This document shows positions 13,438-28,413 of a stretch of DNA of 64,000 nucleotides, one piece after another (position 1 is the first letter of the stretch; the number at the start of each line of letters is the position of its first letter). The position numbers were made by a program, and so were the translations under genes. The notes beneath the pieces were generated by a model, which had not been told where the DNA came from, ran no database searches, and saw only the letters and a program-made list of their open reading frames with translations. Source of the stretch: the human T2T-CHM13v2.0 reference genome, Homo sapiens; NCBI RefSeq assembly GCF_009914755.1, contig NC_060933.1, one strand, 5' to 3'.

Positions 13438-15584
13438 GAGATTGATGACACTTCTGGATGTGTGATAGTGAGTTGCTATGACATTGGCTTTTCTACCCCA
13501 ATAGACTTAACAGCTAATGCATTTTCTCACTTTGAACACTGGTTTTCTCACAGCAGGCCTTCCATAGCAAGAAGGTTTCAGAAATCCCAGTTCACCTCTG
13601 TTTGGATTATCTACATTTCACCTGGCTCCTCCACTCAAGTGCATTTTTAGGCCAAGATCCCAGCAGTGTTATTCTTTTAATTTTATATGCACACAGAGCT
13701 GAAACATTTGAACTGCAAGCATGGGACTGTATACTATTCAATTAGATGTTGGCAACATAAACACTCACAGACACTAACTGGCACAGACCAACTACCATTC
13801 TCTTAAATTAATGAATATACTCTAATGGTGTGGCCAATGGTAGAGCAATTTGGGAGCCTCAGGAACTATAGAAGCAGTGGAAATTATAGTCCACAGCATG
13901 ACAAGAAGTCCTTTAGAAAGGACTTTTGCAATTAGCTTATTTCAGAAGAAATGCCAATTGGATTAATCTGCAAAATCTTGGCAGTATATTGATACCAATC
14001 ACCTTTTGTCACTATTTGCTTACGTCTCTCTTTCCTTAGATATACGGGACCAGAGAAAAATATTGCTTCTTACAGGAATCAGTACATATTTGCACTAAAG
14101 AAAGCACAGGGCAATGAGTCTTTCTTCCCTCTTTTCCTCTTGTACCTTGTACGATTTTAAATTTCAACTTATTTTTTCCCATATAAAGTTTCTAATTAAA
14201 TATTCTAGATCTATGTTTGGCTGTAAGATTTCTTTGTTTGGGGGCTCACAGCTACCCACCAAAATTTTAATCTATAGGTATTATTATTTGCAAATTTCTA
14301 GTAGTCGTTTTTATAGTCTACAACTATGGGTGTTATTGTTCCCTATCCATCTTATAATTTCAACTAAATCAAGCAATGAAAATTTTATAGTGCATCCCTA
14401 ATTGTGCACCAGACTGGAACTGTTCATACAAATTCCAAGCAATTATAAGGCTTTCTGGGAAACATTGGCAGCAAACACTGGATTAAATGTTTATAACAGC
14501 AAGCCAGATGGGAAACAGAGATAAGGAAAATCTCATGGAAACCTATTTTTTTTTCCCCAAACCACAACACTATTTTAAATTAACCTGGCCAAGAGGAAGC
14601 ACTTTCACATTGTTGATCAGTAAAGAGTTTTTGGTAAGTAATAACATTTAAATTGTGGGAATAATTTTACAAAGACATAATTCTTTGTATCATCTGTGAC
14701 CCATGTTACCAATAGATAGCAGATAGATGGAGTTGATGAATGAAATTCTAAGGATATATTATAAAACGCAATTTTAAAAAGTAGATGTTTTAAAGCTAAA
14801 AATGTTGCTTATACGTTGAAGTTGGGGAAAAAACACATGGAAATATTTAGCTGTACTTGTTTCCCATGGAGACTATGGTGCACATATAGTCAACTTATGC
14901 TAAAAATTCTTTTACTGCTTGGGAACTCAGGGGGAAGGCAGCCATTTTTGTAAATAAACTCTGTCTCTTAATGGAATTGGGCAATAAGTGCCTCTCACCC
15001 ACTTGAGCTCATGCTCGCTTCCTCTAATGTGATTTAAATGGTCTGAAAGTTACAGAGGTAGATTTATAAAGAAGCTAATAATACTGAAGTTGCATGTCCC
15101 ATCATTTGTATGGGCTCTATCCCTGGAAGGATTCCTAACATGCTCATACATATCATTTTAATTTATTGGGGGAATATATTTTAACTGTAATTGGTTAAGT
15201 CTGCTGTCTCTTTTCACTCTCATTTTCCCCTATCACACTTCCCCCTTGATGGATGGTATTGGAGTGGCCATGAGCATTTTTGGGTTACGGCTAAGTGGAA
15301 GTTAAACTTAAGAGACAGTTGTTGGGTTCGTGTGAGATGCAGTCAACTCCATGTATATATTGAGTCAACCCCCATATATTCATATGAGATATAGTCAACT
15401 CTATGTATAGATTTTCATACCATGCCAAGTATTTTTATGCCATACCAAAAACAAAAATTCACTAAGTTGATAAGATGCATTTTGAATAGAAGGAATGATC
15501 AGGCCCTGGGATTGTTGTGAATCCAATAATGAAGATAAATAAATCATATGAATGCTTTTGGGAAAATAGTTAAATTATTTGCTC

Positions 15585-16325
15585 TATCAATTACCTTTTG
15601 CTGTGTAGCAAACTTCCCCTAAAATTAATGGTTTACCCTATACCCTATGGACCAAATCTGGCCTGTAGCCCATATTTTTATGTTCCACAAGCTAAGAATA
15701 GGTTTTATATTTTTAAAGAGAAGTAGGAGAAAAAAGAGGAAGAGGAGGAGAAGTTAGAGGAGGAGAAAGAGATGAAGGAGAAGGAAAAGAAATGTAACAG
15801 AGGCAGCAGAAAACCTAATATAAAAACCTAACATTTATTATCTGGTCCTTTAGAGAAAATGTTTGCCAACTGCTGGCTTAAAACAACAATTTATTTAGCT
15901 CACTATTCAACACTTGGTGATTTGGCTGGGCAACTCTTCTTCTGATCTTGGGCAATCAAACTCACATGTCTGCAGTCAGCTGGGGTTGGGAAAGCGGGCG
16001 TCATCTGAAGGCTGGTGACTGGAATATCCTCCTTTACAAGTTTGGCAGTTGGCTGGTCATCAACTAGCATGACACAATGACTAGGCCACAGTCTCTCATT
16101 ATTTGGAGAACAGGTCAGGACTTATTCTCATGATGGCAATTGCACTGTTTCCAATGACAGCAAGCAGGGGCAAGTCCCAAATCCAAGTGCTTTTTAGGGC
16201 TCAGCTTAAATCATGTTTGGTAATATTTTATGAAAGTAAGTTCCCATGGCTAAGTTATTGTGGAAGGATTCTACTAAAAGGCATGGATTTTTTAAAATGT
16301 AGCCATTCTTATAATCCAGCATACA
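15585..16325 (-). mobile_element. Old MLT1 MaLR LTR (MLT1G/H-like) interrupted by MER58
   Basis: tatcaattaccttttgctgtgtagcaaacttcccctaaaattaatggttta...gcttaaaacaacaatttatt...ctgcagtcagctgg. Confidence 0.65.
15640..15875. mobile_element. MER58-like hAT-Charlie element
   Basis: ccaaatctggcctg...atttattatctggtcctttagagaaaatgtttgccaactgctg terminus; GA-rich insert in the middle. Confidence 0.75.
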
Positions 16326-16419
16326 TGTTGGTTTCCCATGAAATAATGACAACAGAGATAATATAAAACTAATAATATGCCATTACTATGAGGACACCGA
16401 TGACAAACTCTTAAGTGAC

Positions 16420-16942
16420 AAGTATTTAATATTAGTTACACACAAAGAAATGTAAAATTCCCTAAAATCTTTCTGTTCACATACGAAAAATATTTGAAGA
16501 ATGTTTTCCTAAATTGACAGTAATTCTGAAATGTTACGTGGAATTGCAAATAAAAAGTTGTGAATTTGAATGAATCTTTGCTAAATTATCAATAATGAAA
16601 AACATGACTTAGCATGACTAATTATGCTAAAAGAAACTCAATTATTTCTATTTTTATTGAAAAAATATAAAATCATTGTTATATTATGGGTAATGAAAGC
16701 ATATACGGCAAAAAAATGTAGGAGAGAAGAGGTGTGTGTAGTTCATTGGCATTTTTTCAAGTGTTTTTTTTCTGAATTTTGCAAGGTGGTGCAATTTTTA
16801 GCTTTTTAAAATTTGTGATTTACTTATTCTAAAACGTATTTATTTTTATAGCTAGTTTTAGATACATACTTGTGCATTATTTTCCTTATATAGAGCCTCC
16901 AAAATTTCCTAATTTCAGACCCCTTGAAACCTGAATCCACCA
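16420..16942 (+). mobile_element. Zaphod3-like hAT-Tip100 DNA transposon 3' part (decayed transposase dimerisation domain)
   Basis: gaatgttttcctaaattgacagtaattctgaaa (VFP-LT-ILK) ... gcaaaaaaatgtagg (AKKCR), terminus ccccttgaaacctgaatccacc. Confidence 0.7.
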
Positions 16943-17294
16943 AGGGAAGGACCAATAAATATTCCTGCTCCAGAAACCTAGGCCTGGTCAGGAAAATAGC
17001 TGGTGCCAGGAGAAAAGAAAGAAAAGAGTTGCAGCTTCTTGTGTGGGTTTGATGTGATGGTATTTGGAATTTGGCATCTTCTTCTCAGCTCCAAGTTTGA
17101 TTTAAAAGCTGTTAGCAATCTTTTCTTTTCACAATCATATAAGATGCAATTTATCAGCTCTAGAGTGATCAAAAGTCCATAGTGTTTGAAGACTGCTAAG
17201 CTGATATCTTGAATACCTGCTCACCTTGGTTACCTCTCATTCCTTCATCCCTGGCAATTTCCCCCATCCCTCAAAAGGCTGTTTAGAAGATACA

Positions 17295-17505
17295 GAACAC
17301 ATGGACATAAATATGGGAAAAATAGACACTGTGGACTACTAAAGGATGGAGGGAAGGGAGGGTAGGTTAAAAAACTACCTATCAGGTACTGTGTTCACTA
17401 CCAGGGTGACAAGATCCATACTGCAAACCTCAGCATCACACAATATTCCCATGTAATAAATATGTACATGTACCCTCTATATCTAAAATAAAAGATTTGT
17501 TTTAA
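17295..17505 (+). mobile_element. L1PB-like 3' end
   Basis: aaaaaactacctatcaggtactgtgttcactaccagggtgac...aaacctcagcatcacacaatattcccatgtaa...tctaaaataaaag. Confidence 0.85.
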
Positions 17506-18879
17506 GAAGAGATAGAGAAGAGTTCCATTTGACAAGTGGAGTAAAAATAACACCAAGTGATCAAGTAATTTGCTCATGGTCACGTAGTATATGGGAAAGC
17601 TAGGATGGCAAACAATGTGTGTCTACTGACAAGAACCATTCTTTTCCCATCATCTCCCCCAGTCTTTATTCTTCCAAGGCATAGTGACTGCCTCTCTAGG
17701 TTGATAAGAAATATATCCAACTTTATTATACACTCATTATTAGCCATTGAATGCCTACTATATGCAAAACCTTAAGTTAAGTGCCAGAAATCCTGGAGAA
17801 ACAGAGAGAATTGTAAAATAAAATGGAACAATATTGTAGGGTAGTACATGCTAAGTATCTAATATGTGCTACATAATTCTTCATATGTGAAGATTCAGGT
17901 AGGTGGCTTTGAAGGGAGTATGGAACCTATAAAGTGAAGAGGTATTGGTGGAGGAAACTCAGAAAAGGAGGAGGGATGATGAGCCGTGCCTGGTTTTATT
18001 CAGGGATATGGCTTTATTTGATATATTACCTATATTACTTCCCACAAAGCATTCAAAAGGACACTTGGAAATCATCTAGTACAAATCTCTACCATTTACA
18101 GCAGAGATATATGATTTCCCCCACCTCTGCCAACCTAACTCACTCGCCCAGGGTCACCCATCTAACCACTGAGCCAGGGTTTTCAGTCATGTTTTCTCAG
18201 CACACTCTTGGCTAAACTATTAATACTAGGACCAACCACGATACTATTATCTGAAGCCAATGGCTGTTCTTTAATGCCATCCCTAGATTAATTCAGACCT
18301 TAAAGTTACTTCTTGTGTTTACTATGCTGTGGCTGATATTTTTCAGATTTTAATCCAGGGTTGAAAACGCTAATCCTTATTCTTCGTTTCTGTTTTGTTG
18401 TTTGTTTTCATTACCCCTTTGTATTGTTGAGGCATCTTAGAGATAGTAATTGCACATAGAAAATAACTCTTTTAATAATGAATTGAATTCTTCCCATTCT
18501 AAAAACAGTTTGAGGTCACACATCATCAAGGAAGCCAGAAGATAAGACCTTTTATATTTCGCTCTTGATACAAGCAAATGAATTAAATGTGTTCTATCTT
18601 GTTTATAAGTGTTTAGCATATGTCAGAAGTTTCACGTGCATTTGATAATAGGAATCATGGAATCGCCAGCCAGTGCCTCAACACTGTCCTTCGAGCTGCT
18701 AGTTATTATCTTTATACGTCAAATGACTAGGTTTTGAAACTGGGTGGATAAAAATGAAGTTGAAATGAGCTATTTCCAAGTGGCTCAAAGAACAGCTCTC
18801 AATGCAACTAGAAATAATTAGTATTAGTAGATTAAACATGTATAGCAATGTACTTTTTTTGCCTTTAAAAATTATCTCA

Positions 18880-19050
18880 AAAAATATTTTAATAATTCAG
18901 TAAAAGTAGATAGAATAATTATGATTACCATTTTATAGTTGAAGAAATTAAGGTAAAGAAACATCAATGATTAGCTCACGGTTAAAGACCGTGTTAAGGG
19001 CAGAACTGGGATGAAGCCCCAGATGCTGACCTGGGTCCCATGATTCTTCC
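18880..19050 (-). mobile_element. MIR fragment
   Basis: attaccatttttatagttgaagaaattaagg...ttagctcacggtt...gcagaactgggatgaagcccc. Confidence 0.65.
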
Positions 19051-20399
19051 CCTCCCTCTATGACCCATCTTTTCTAAACTGTGTATCACCATCCCAACAC
19101 CCTCTTCCACACCTACTTCAAATAAAAAGAATTCATATCCCTAGTTTCCAAAACTGCTGTTCAGTATTTTTATTTTGTTATTCAATGAGTGGCCCAGTTC
19201 CTTTATAATAACTACACAGTGACAACAATGTTCACTTACTTCTACATAAAACAGATTTTGTGAGTAAATAATAAAAAGCTGTGAGAAATCTTTAAATCAA
19301 CCTAAAAATTTCCTGGAGACTTGAGGGACAAAATGGACAAGAGTTGTACCACAATTCCTGCAAACATTTTATTTGATCATGAAATCTATACACTTGGCAT
19401 CAAAGAGCAGATTCCTGTGGATTCAAGACACAGCCCATAATTGTAATGATTAAAAATCTGTCCAAAAAGTAAAACCTAAATATCAATCTATTATATTTAT
19501 GAGTTTCTTGGTTAACATGTCCAGAGGCTAATGCCACCATGGTGACTCAGAGGTACCACACAGTAATTTATTTTACCTTACATTCTTAGATAAAACAGCA
19601 CAACTATACTTATTAAAAGCACTACATCACTTTAACCTCAGTTACCTCTCACACCCACTTTGCCCAAGGTCATTATGTCATCTGACCTGAGTCCAGGGCT
19701 TCTAAGAAGAAAGCCCACAGCAAGGGAGGCAATCTGGAATGACTGTGTAAGTAGGCCTTAATGGCTGTTCTTTGGCCTAATTTACAAAGTCTTCTTCCTA
19801 CACTTGAGAATTCAGATGTTTCAGACACAAAATTAAAATGATGTCTTAACCAAATCATAGATGCAAGTCCTCAAATGCCATGTAATTGTGCCATCACCCC
19901 TAGGAGAAGTTCTGATTAAAACGAGTCACATTGACCTTGGATGACATGGCCTAAGGGGCAATTATTCCTCAAGGGACTTAATTAAATGCAATTAGACCAG
20001 TGAGAGTACATTTAACGAGTCCCCTTGTGGTCCCTATGTTTCCAATTTATTTTTCCAGCAACTTTCACTAATGATTTGATTCGCTCAACATCCATCAATG
20101 GATAATGATAGGGTGCTCACTACTATAAGGTGATGATGGGATACTTAGGTCCCGTGATTCAGGAATTAGAGAGAAAATACAGACACGTGACAAGTTAAAT
20201 AGGCATATGAGAAGGAATATGTTTATGGGCCAAGTGAACAGTAGAAAGGATGGGCAAAATACAGTCAGGAAAGAGTCACTCAATGTGGGTGAAAGCAGAC
20301 ACAGGTGGCTTCAGTAATAACTTGGAGGTCTTGAAGGATACAGATGAGGGTAGAATCATGGACTTCTAAGCTGGAAAAAATTTAGAAACCATCTTGCCT

Positions 20400-20713
<314 letters not shown>

Positions 20714-21118
20714 TTACATTGAGTACTCTGGAGCTCTTAATGGGCTATCTAACTTACTCAAAACCATGCTGCCAGTGGCATGAAGTATTTTAGGAAAGGA
20801 GAACAGTATGAAAAAGCTGAGTGGTACATATGCATGAAGTATGTTATGGGGATGGCATGTTGACCAGTTGAATAAGGTAGATAGTATGAGTAAATATTGG
20901 TTAGAAAAATAGGTTTGGGCTTATTTCTAAAATGCTATGTGTAGAGTTTGCAATTTATTTTGCCAACAAAAAAGAATATAGACATATACTTGAATTGTGG
21001 GTTCTTACAATCAAAGTAGTATTTCCCAGAAGATTAACCTGGTAATTATGTCTCAGATGTATGGGAAATAGTAGGGACTGCACAAAGCTAGACTAGACCA
21101 ATATTAATTATAACGGGA

Positions 21119-21450
21119 GGCCAGGCGCGTTAGCTCACGCCTGTAATCCCAGCAATTTGGGAGGCCAAGGTGGGCAGATCACCTGAGATCAGGAGTTTAA
21201 GACCAGCCTGGCCAACATGGTGAAACCTGTCTCTACTAAAAAATACAAAAATTAGCTGGGTGTGGTGGTGTGCACCTGTAATCCCAGCTACTTGGGAGGC
21301 TGAGGCAGGAGAATGGCTTGAACAAGGGAGGCAAAGGTTGCATTCAGCCGGGATCTCATCGCTGGAGGCAGAGGTTACAGTGAACCGAGATCGGTCACTT
21401 CATTCCAGACTGGGCGACAGAGCGAGACTCCATCTCAAGAATAAAAATAA
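21119..21450 (+). mobile_element. AluS with 37-bp internal duplication in the right arm
   Basis: Full dimer; TSD aattataac(g/a)gga at 21106-21118 and 21451-21463. Confidence 0.93.
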
Positions 21451-22325
21451 AATTATAACAGGAGTCTTCCATGAAAACAATGATCTCTACAGATATTATG
21501 AGAAGCCAAGAGTGTTGTACAAGTGATTCTGGACAAAGAAGAACAATATTGAATATGATTCCTAGGTTTCAAATAAGGATTTCGGGGGGGCATCAGGCAG
21601 TGGTGGTTGTCAGAGTTGAGAGCCAGAATTGATAGCAGGAAGGTCAAGGAGACACTGAGAGGAAAAGGCAAGATCCAAGACCAGAGGGTTCTGGGACGGC
21701 TCAGGAGCTCACAGTCAGGAATGATTAAGGGTCCAGATAAACAGTCTGGAACTGAGGTGAGCCTAGTCATTGCAGATCAGGGCAAGGCTTTGGGATGGAA
21801 CCAGCAGAGAGCCATGGGCCAAGAGGGCTCAGACACCAAAGGAAAAGGTACAGATCATGGTTAAGACAGGGAGTTTGGAATGGACTCTAAGATCTTAATT
21901 CAAACCTGCAGCCTAAGTAGCAGCAAACAAGAAGTGTCTGGTGAGCAGGGAAGGCTGGAATTCAATTAAGAGAGCACCAACAGATGTGGATGATCAGCAT
22001 TAAGGAGCCATTGATACTGCCAGCTGGAGATCCTTACAAAGGCAGATGAAGCCTTTTCTTAGGGAGTGTGCAAATCTGGAGGAGCACCAAGAAAAAAAAA
22101 AAAGAAAACAAAAGTGGAAATTTAACATTAATAGATATAGAAGTATTTATCACTGGAAAAGCAATGCTATAGGATTCCTTACATAATGGGTTTTTTTTTT
22201 TTTTAACTGGTTAGTACTGTTTTTATTTTTAACTATATGGTGGGATTGGGAAAATGTGTATGGAAGCAGAACGTGAAGTTGTCAGTGAGGCTAAACGTAC
22301 TTATCTGATTCTGTTGAATATTGAG

Positions 22326-22657
22326 TGGTATGGTCTGAAACTATCTCCCAAAATTCATGTGTTAGGAACTTCATCCCCAGTAGTAGTGTTGTGGGGAGGT
22401 ACTTTTGGTGGTGTTTGGGTCATGAGGGCTGTGCCCTCATAAATGGATTATGCTGTTATAAAAAGGGCTTGCAGGAGTGGGTTTGCTCTCTTCTGCTCCT
22501 CTGCCATGTGATGATGCAACAAGAAGGCCTTCGCCAGATGCTAGCATACTGACCTTGGACTTCCCATCTCCAGAACTCTGAGAGAATAAAGTTCTGTTCT
22601 TTGTTATTACCCAGTCTCAGATATTTTTGTTATAGCAGCCCAAAACAGACTAAGACA
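22326..22657 (+). mobile_element. MSTD/MSTC-like MaLR solo LTR
   Basis: tg...ca termini (tggtatggtctg...cagactaagaca), AATAAA, perfect 5-bp TSD ttgag at 22321-22325 and 22658-22662. Confidence 0.9.
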
Positions 22658-25046
22658 TTGAGGAAGCCTTTACCCCAATGAGAAAGTTGCTTAGATGTTT
22701 TCTTCTATATTAGTAAGGTACTAACTTATCTCAGAATTGCAGGTAGAAGTAGGGTTTTGTACACTCCTGCTTACAGAGAGCTGGGCATGCAGAGAATTCA
22801 CCCAGATCTAAAGACAGTAATTTAGTTCTTGAAAAAAAAAATGGAGGGTGTCAATATCCGAAGCTTCAGCTGGTTTCCAAGAGGGATGGTGAGTTTGTGT
22901 TTTGTGGCAGTGATGTGGAACTCACAGCAGGACATTGAAGGAATTTTTTATTGGCCAGCTGAACAGGGATACTAGCAGGAAATGCACATATTTGGAGTCA
23001 TACACAGAACTGATAGTTGAAGGTGGGTAGGGGAGGCATTGTTGCTTTTTAGCAATAGTTACATCAACTGTTGTTTACATGAAATTGTTTCTATTTCCTC
23101 CATTTTGAAGGTGCAAACTCATTTCATACTAACTGGAGCATAAATGACTTTGGTAGACTCTGGCCACAGCTGGGCTGGATGGTAATTAGAGGGGCAGCTG
23201 TCTAGGTTTGTGAATTGCAAACACATCTGGAGATGTGACATGGATTTAAAAAGCAGTCTTCTACAAGGGGCCAGCAGGCCAGAGTCTAGCGTCTGGCTTG
23301 TCATCAGAAACCACGGGGCATATGCTTAATAAAGCACAGTTTATAGTTCCATCAGTCACTTAAGTTAAGACTGGTTCATGTCGGCTTTTGAAAGAGCAGG
23401 GAAGATGTAGCTGAAAAGAGTCTCTTTCGAGGTTTTAATTATTTTCTGGTTGCTATATAGTATACTTATCTTGGCCTTTCACCTGGCATTCTGGAATGTC
23501 TACCCCTATTTCAGCCTAAACTACAGAACCAAAATGAAAATTTATATAAAGTCAAACCAAACAAAAATTCTGTGGTGAAAACAACTTTGAATGAAAAATA
23601 CATTGCTTTATAAATAATCTGAATTTAGAATACAGTGGCCAAATACTTCGGGTATTCATTTTTCCACTGAGCCAGCTTTAGTGCCATTAACCATGGGTGA
23701 ACAATGGGGTAGGTATGGCACCATAAATGCAGACACAGGTCTGGGTTCATTGGCTTTGTGATAGCAAAGATGAGTGTGTCCCATGCCAGCCCTGTTGAAA
23801 TACATCCAATTTTGGAATGACAATTTAATATAAGCAGCCAAACATGGACTTAGTCCAACCTCAAATGTCCTACTAAAACTGTGTGATGGCTCATAAAGAT
23901 AGCTCTGTCTCCAGGAATTTTATGGACTGAAGCAGTGTGTTGAAGTGACAGATAGCACCCCCAATCCCTCTATTGAGATCTGGATCTGTGTTGTTTTGGA
24001 CCACTATGTACCAGAGAGAAATGTCCAGCAGAGGGGAATTAGATATGAAGTCTGTATTCGTCTCATTCTGATTCTGTACCTATGATTCGTTAATTTTGTA
24101 ATCTTCAAAATGGAAAAATAGTTCTAAATATAACCAATTGAAAGAATATTGTGGTGCTCATTGTCTTGAGGAGGCATTTTCCACTGTGGCATTAATGTTC
24201 CTTTTGTAACAATTCATGATCCCTGACATGTTTATTGGTTGTTTTTTGTTTTTATTTTCAGAATGTACTGCCATAAACACATACTTTCTGAACATCTGGT
24301 ATTTTAAATAATTCAGATAATGAGAATTATGACACACTGGTTTCTCCTTTTTGTGTTAGTTGCCAGGAAGCTCAGAGCTAAACACCGTGCTGAATTCCTT
24401 ATCCCGAGTATTAAGTACAGTGATCTCCTGTGTTCTTAATCTGCATCCTCCTTTTTAAAAAAAATACTATAAGAATACGTTGGCAAGTTTTTAAGCTGTT
24501 CAATATTGGGGGGGGGTGCTTTCCATGGAGGTATAAAATTAAAGAAAAGCAAGAAATATGATGAGCTCTTCATTACTCATGCTTTACCTGTTCATCAGGA
24601 CTCCAGCTCTTTGTCCCACCACAGTCTGGCTCATTGAGTAACATTAATGTACAATGTATTGTCTCACTGCCGAGCTTTCCACAGGATCTTGTTCCTATTT
24701 ATTATACCCCAACTCTGAACTGGTCAGACCTATTGCCTCTTTTGTCCTAGAGCTTATGGCTTGGGGTGGTGGGTGACTCCCATGTTATTGTGTCCTCATG
24801 ACAAAGCTAAGAGTGAGACAGGATACCCTCAGAGGACATGAGTGGGATACCTAAACCAGACAGGGTCAAGGATGAGAAGGAAACAGACCAGGCTTCCCAA
24901 AGGAAATGACCAAAGCAACTAGAAGGGGTGATAAGGAGAGACTGATGCAAGTGCAGGGAGCAACAAGAGGCAAGAAGCACGTGGCCCACTTGAGGAGTGT
25001 TGTGCTTATCCAGCAGAGCAAGAATGACCATTGACATTTGGTATAA

Positions 25047-25381
25047 TGTCAAGACCGATAACAACATACATGCACCAAGAGGGTATGAAAAGGTTTATTA
25101 CTCACCTGCCATGGCTTCCTGAGGAGAGTAGGGCAGGCTCCCAAGGAAGACCAAAAAATGGCTTAAAAGAGCAGGGAACAGAGAGTGGTTTGGCTTTTTT
25201 GTGGTTGTGAGGTGGGGCCAGATTAAGGGTTCTGTGCAAGTTCCCACTAGCACCAAACGAGGGAGCACCTGCCCTTTTTTTCAGCCTGCCCAGATATGGG
25301 ATAGAAAGGGAAATGGGAGTGTTGGGGCTTGAAATCTGTCCTCAGTCAAACTTAAATTATGGAGTCAGATTCCTTATTACA
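25047..25381 (-). mobile_element. MER76-like ERVL LTR
   Basis: tgtcaagaccga...gagggtatgaaaaggtttattactcac...atggagtcagattccttattaca (reverse complement tgtaataaggaatctgactccat). Confidence 0.7.
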
Positions 25382-25399
25382 AGTAGTTAAATAAATTCA

Positions 25400-27620
<2,221 letters not shown>

Positions 27621-27799
27621 ACTCACTGTCCTGAAGAAAGAGCCTCTAGGGAGACATGCAAGAAGTTGAGGATTTAGACAAAAAGAGATGCCATAAGTTG
27701 CCCAAAGTCACCAAACAAGGCACTATCAGGATTTTGCTCATATCCCTTTTTATGCAAGGTTCCAACATTTACTATAACCTGCAACTGTTCTACTGCAAG

Positions 27800-28413
27800 T
27801 AACTGCAATTATCTGCCAAGTGCTTTCTGTGACTGCAGGAATGTTCTCCCCACCCCCACCCTGCCCACACCTCACTCAGGGAAAATAGAATGGGTGGGGA
27901 GACTTATGGCCCTAGGATCAGCCCTTAACCAATGATGAAAGGAGATGGTGGGTACACGCCCCAAACTTCCATTGTCCCCAGATAGGAAAACTCTGAATTA
28001 TATTCCATACAGTTTCCCACAGTCCCCAGAGGAACTGGGGACTGCATGCAGTGGTAACCTGCTCATTAATTTACCCTGCATTGGTCTCCTTCCCTTGCTG
28101 GTCTCATCTCTACTCTCTTAGCTTCATGGGACTGCGGTTGCCAGATAAAGGATACTCAAGTAAATTTGTAAATTCGAATTTCATATAAACAACAAGGTTT
28201 TGTGTGTGTGTGTGTGTATACCACAAGTTACCACAAATACTGCATGGAGTATAACACACTAAAAAATTGTTTATCTGAAATTCAAGTGTAGCTTAACTCC
28301 TGCATTTTTATTTGCCAAATCTGGCAATCCTATCTAGGATTGCTTTCCAAATAATCTACTTGTACTCCTGTCCTTGCCTCAGGGTCCTCTTCTTATGGAT
28401 CCTAGACTAAGAC
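27800..28413 (+). mobile_element. LTR16A-like ERVL LTR split by MER53
   Basis: gatcagcccttaaccaatg...cagtggtaacctgctcattaa...ccttgcctcagggtc...ctaagaca terminus. Confidence 0.7.
28132..28331. mobile_element. MER53 palindromic DNA element
   Basis: Termini ggttgccagat.../...atctggcaatcct; internal ttgtttatctgaaattcaa. Confidence 0.85.

Noticed and set aside
21560-22030. Purine-rich segment resembling an ancient Gypsy-type LTR
   Set aside because: No termini or TSD identifiable, so no family could be assigned with confidence.
24240-24305. Polypyrimidine tract + cag ... gtattt resembling a ~37-nt exon
   Set aside because: Weak donor and no recognisable coding similarity; cannot be supported without transcript data.
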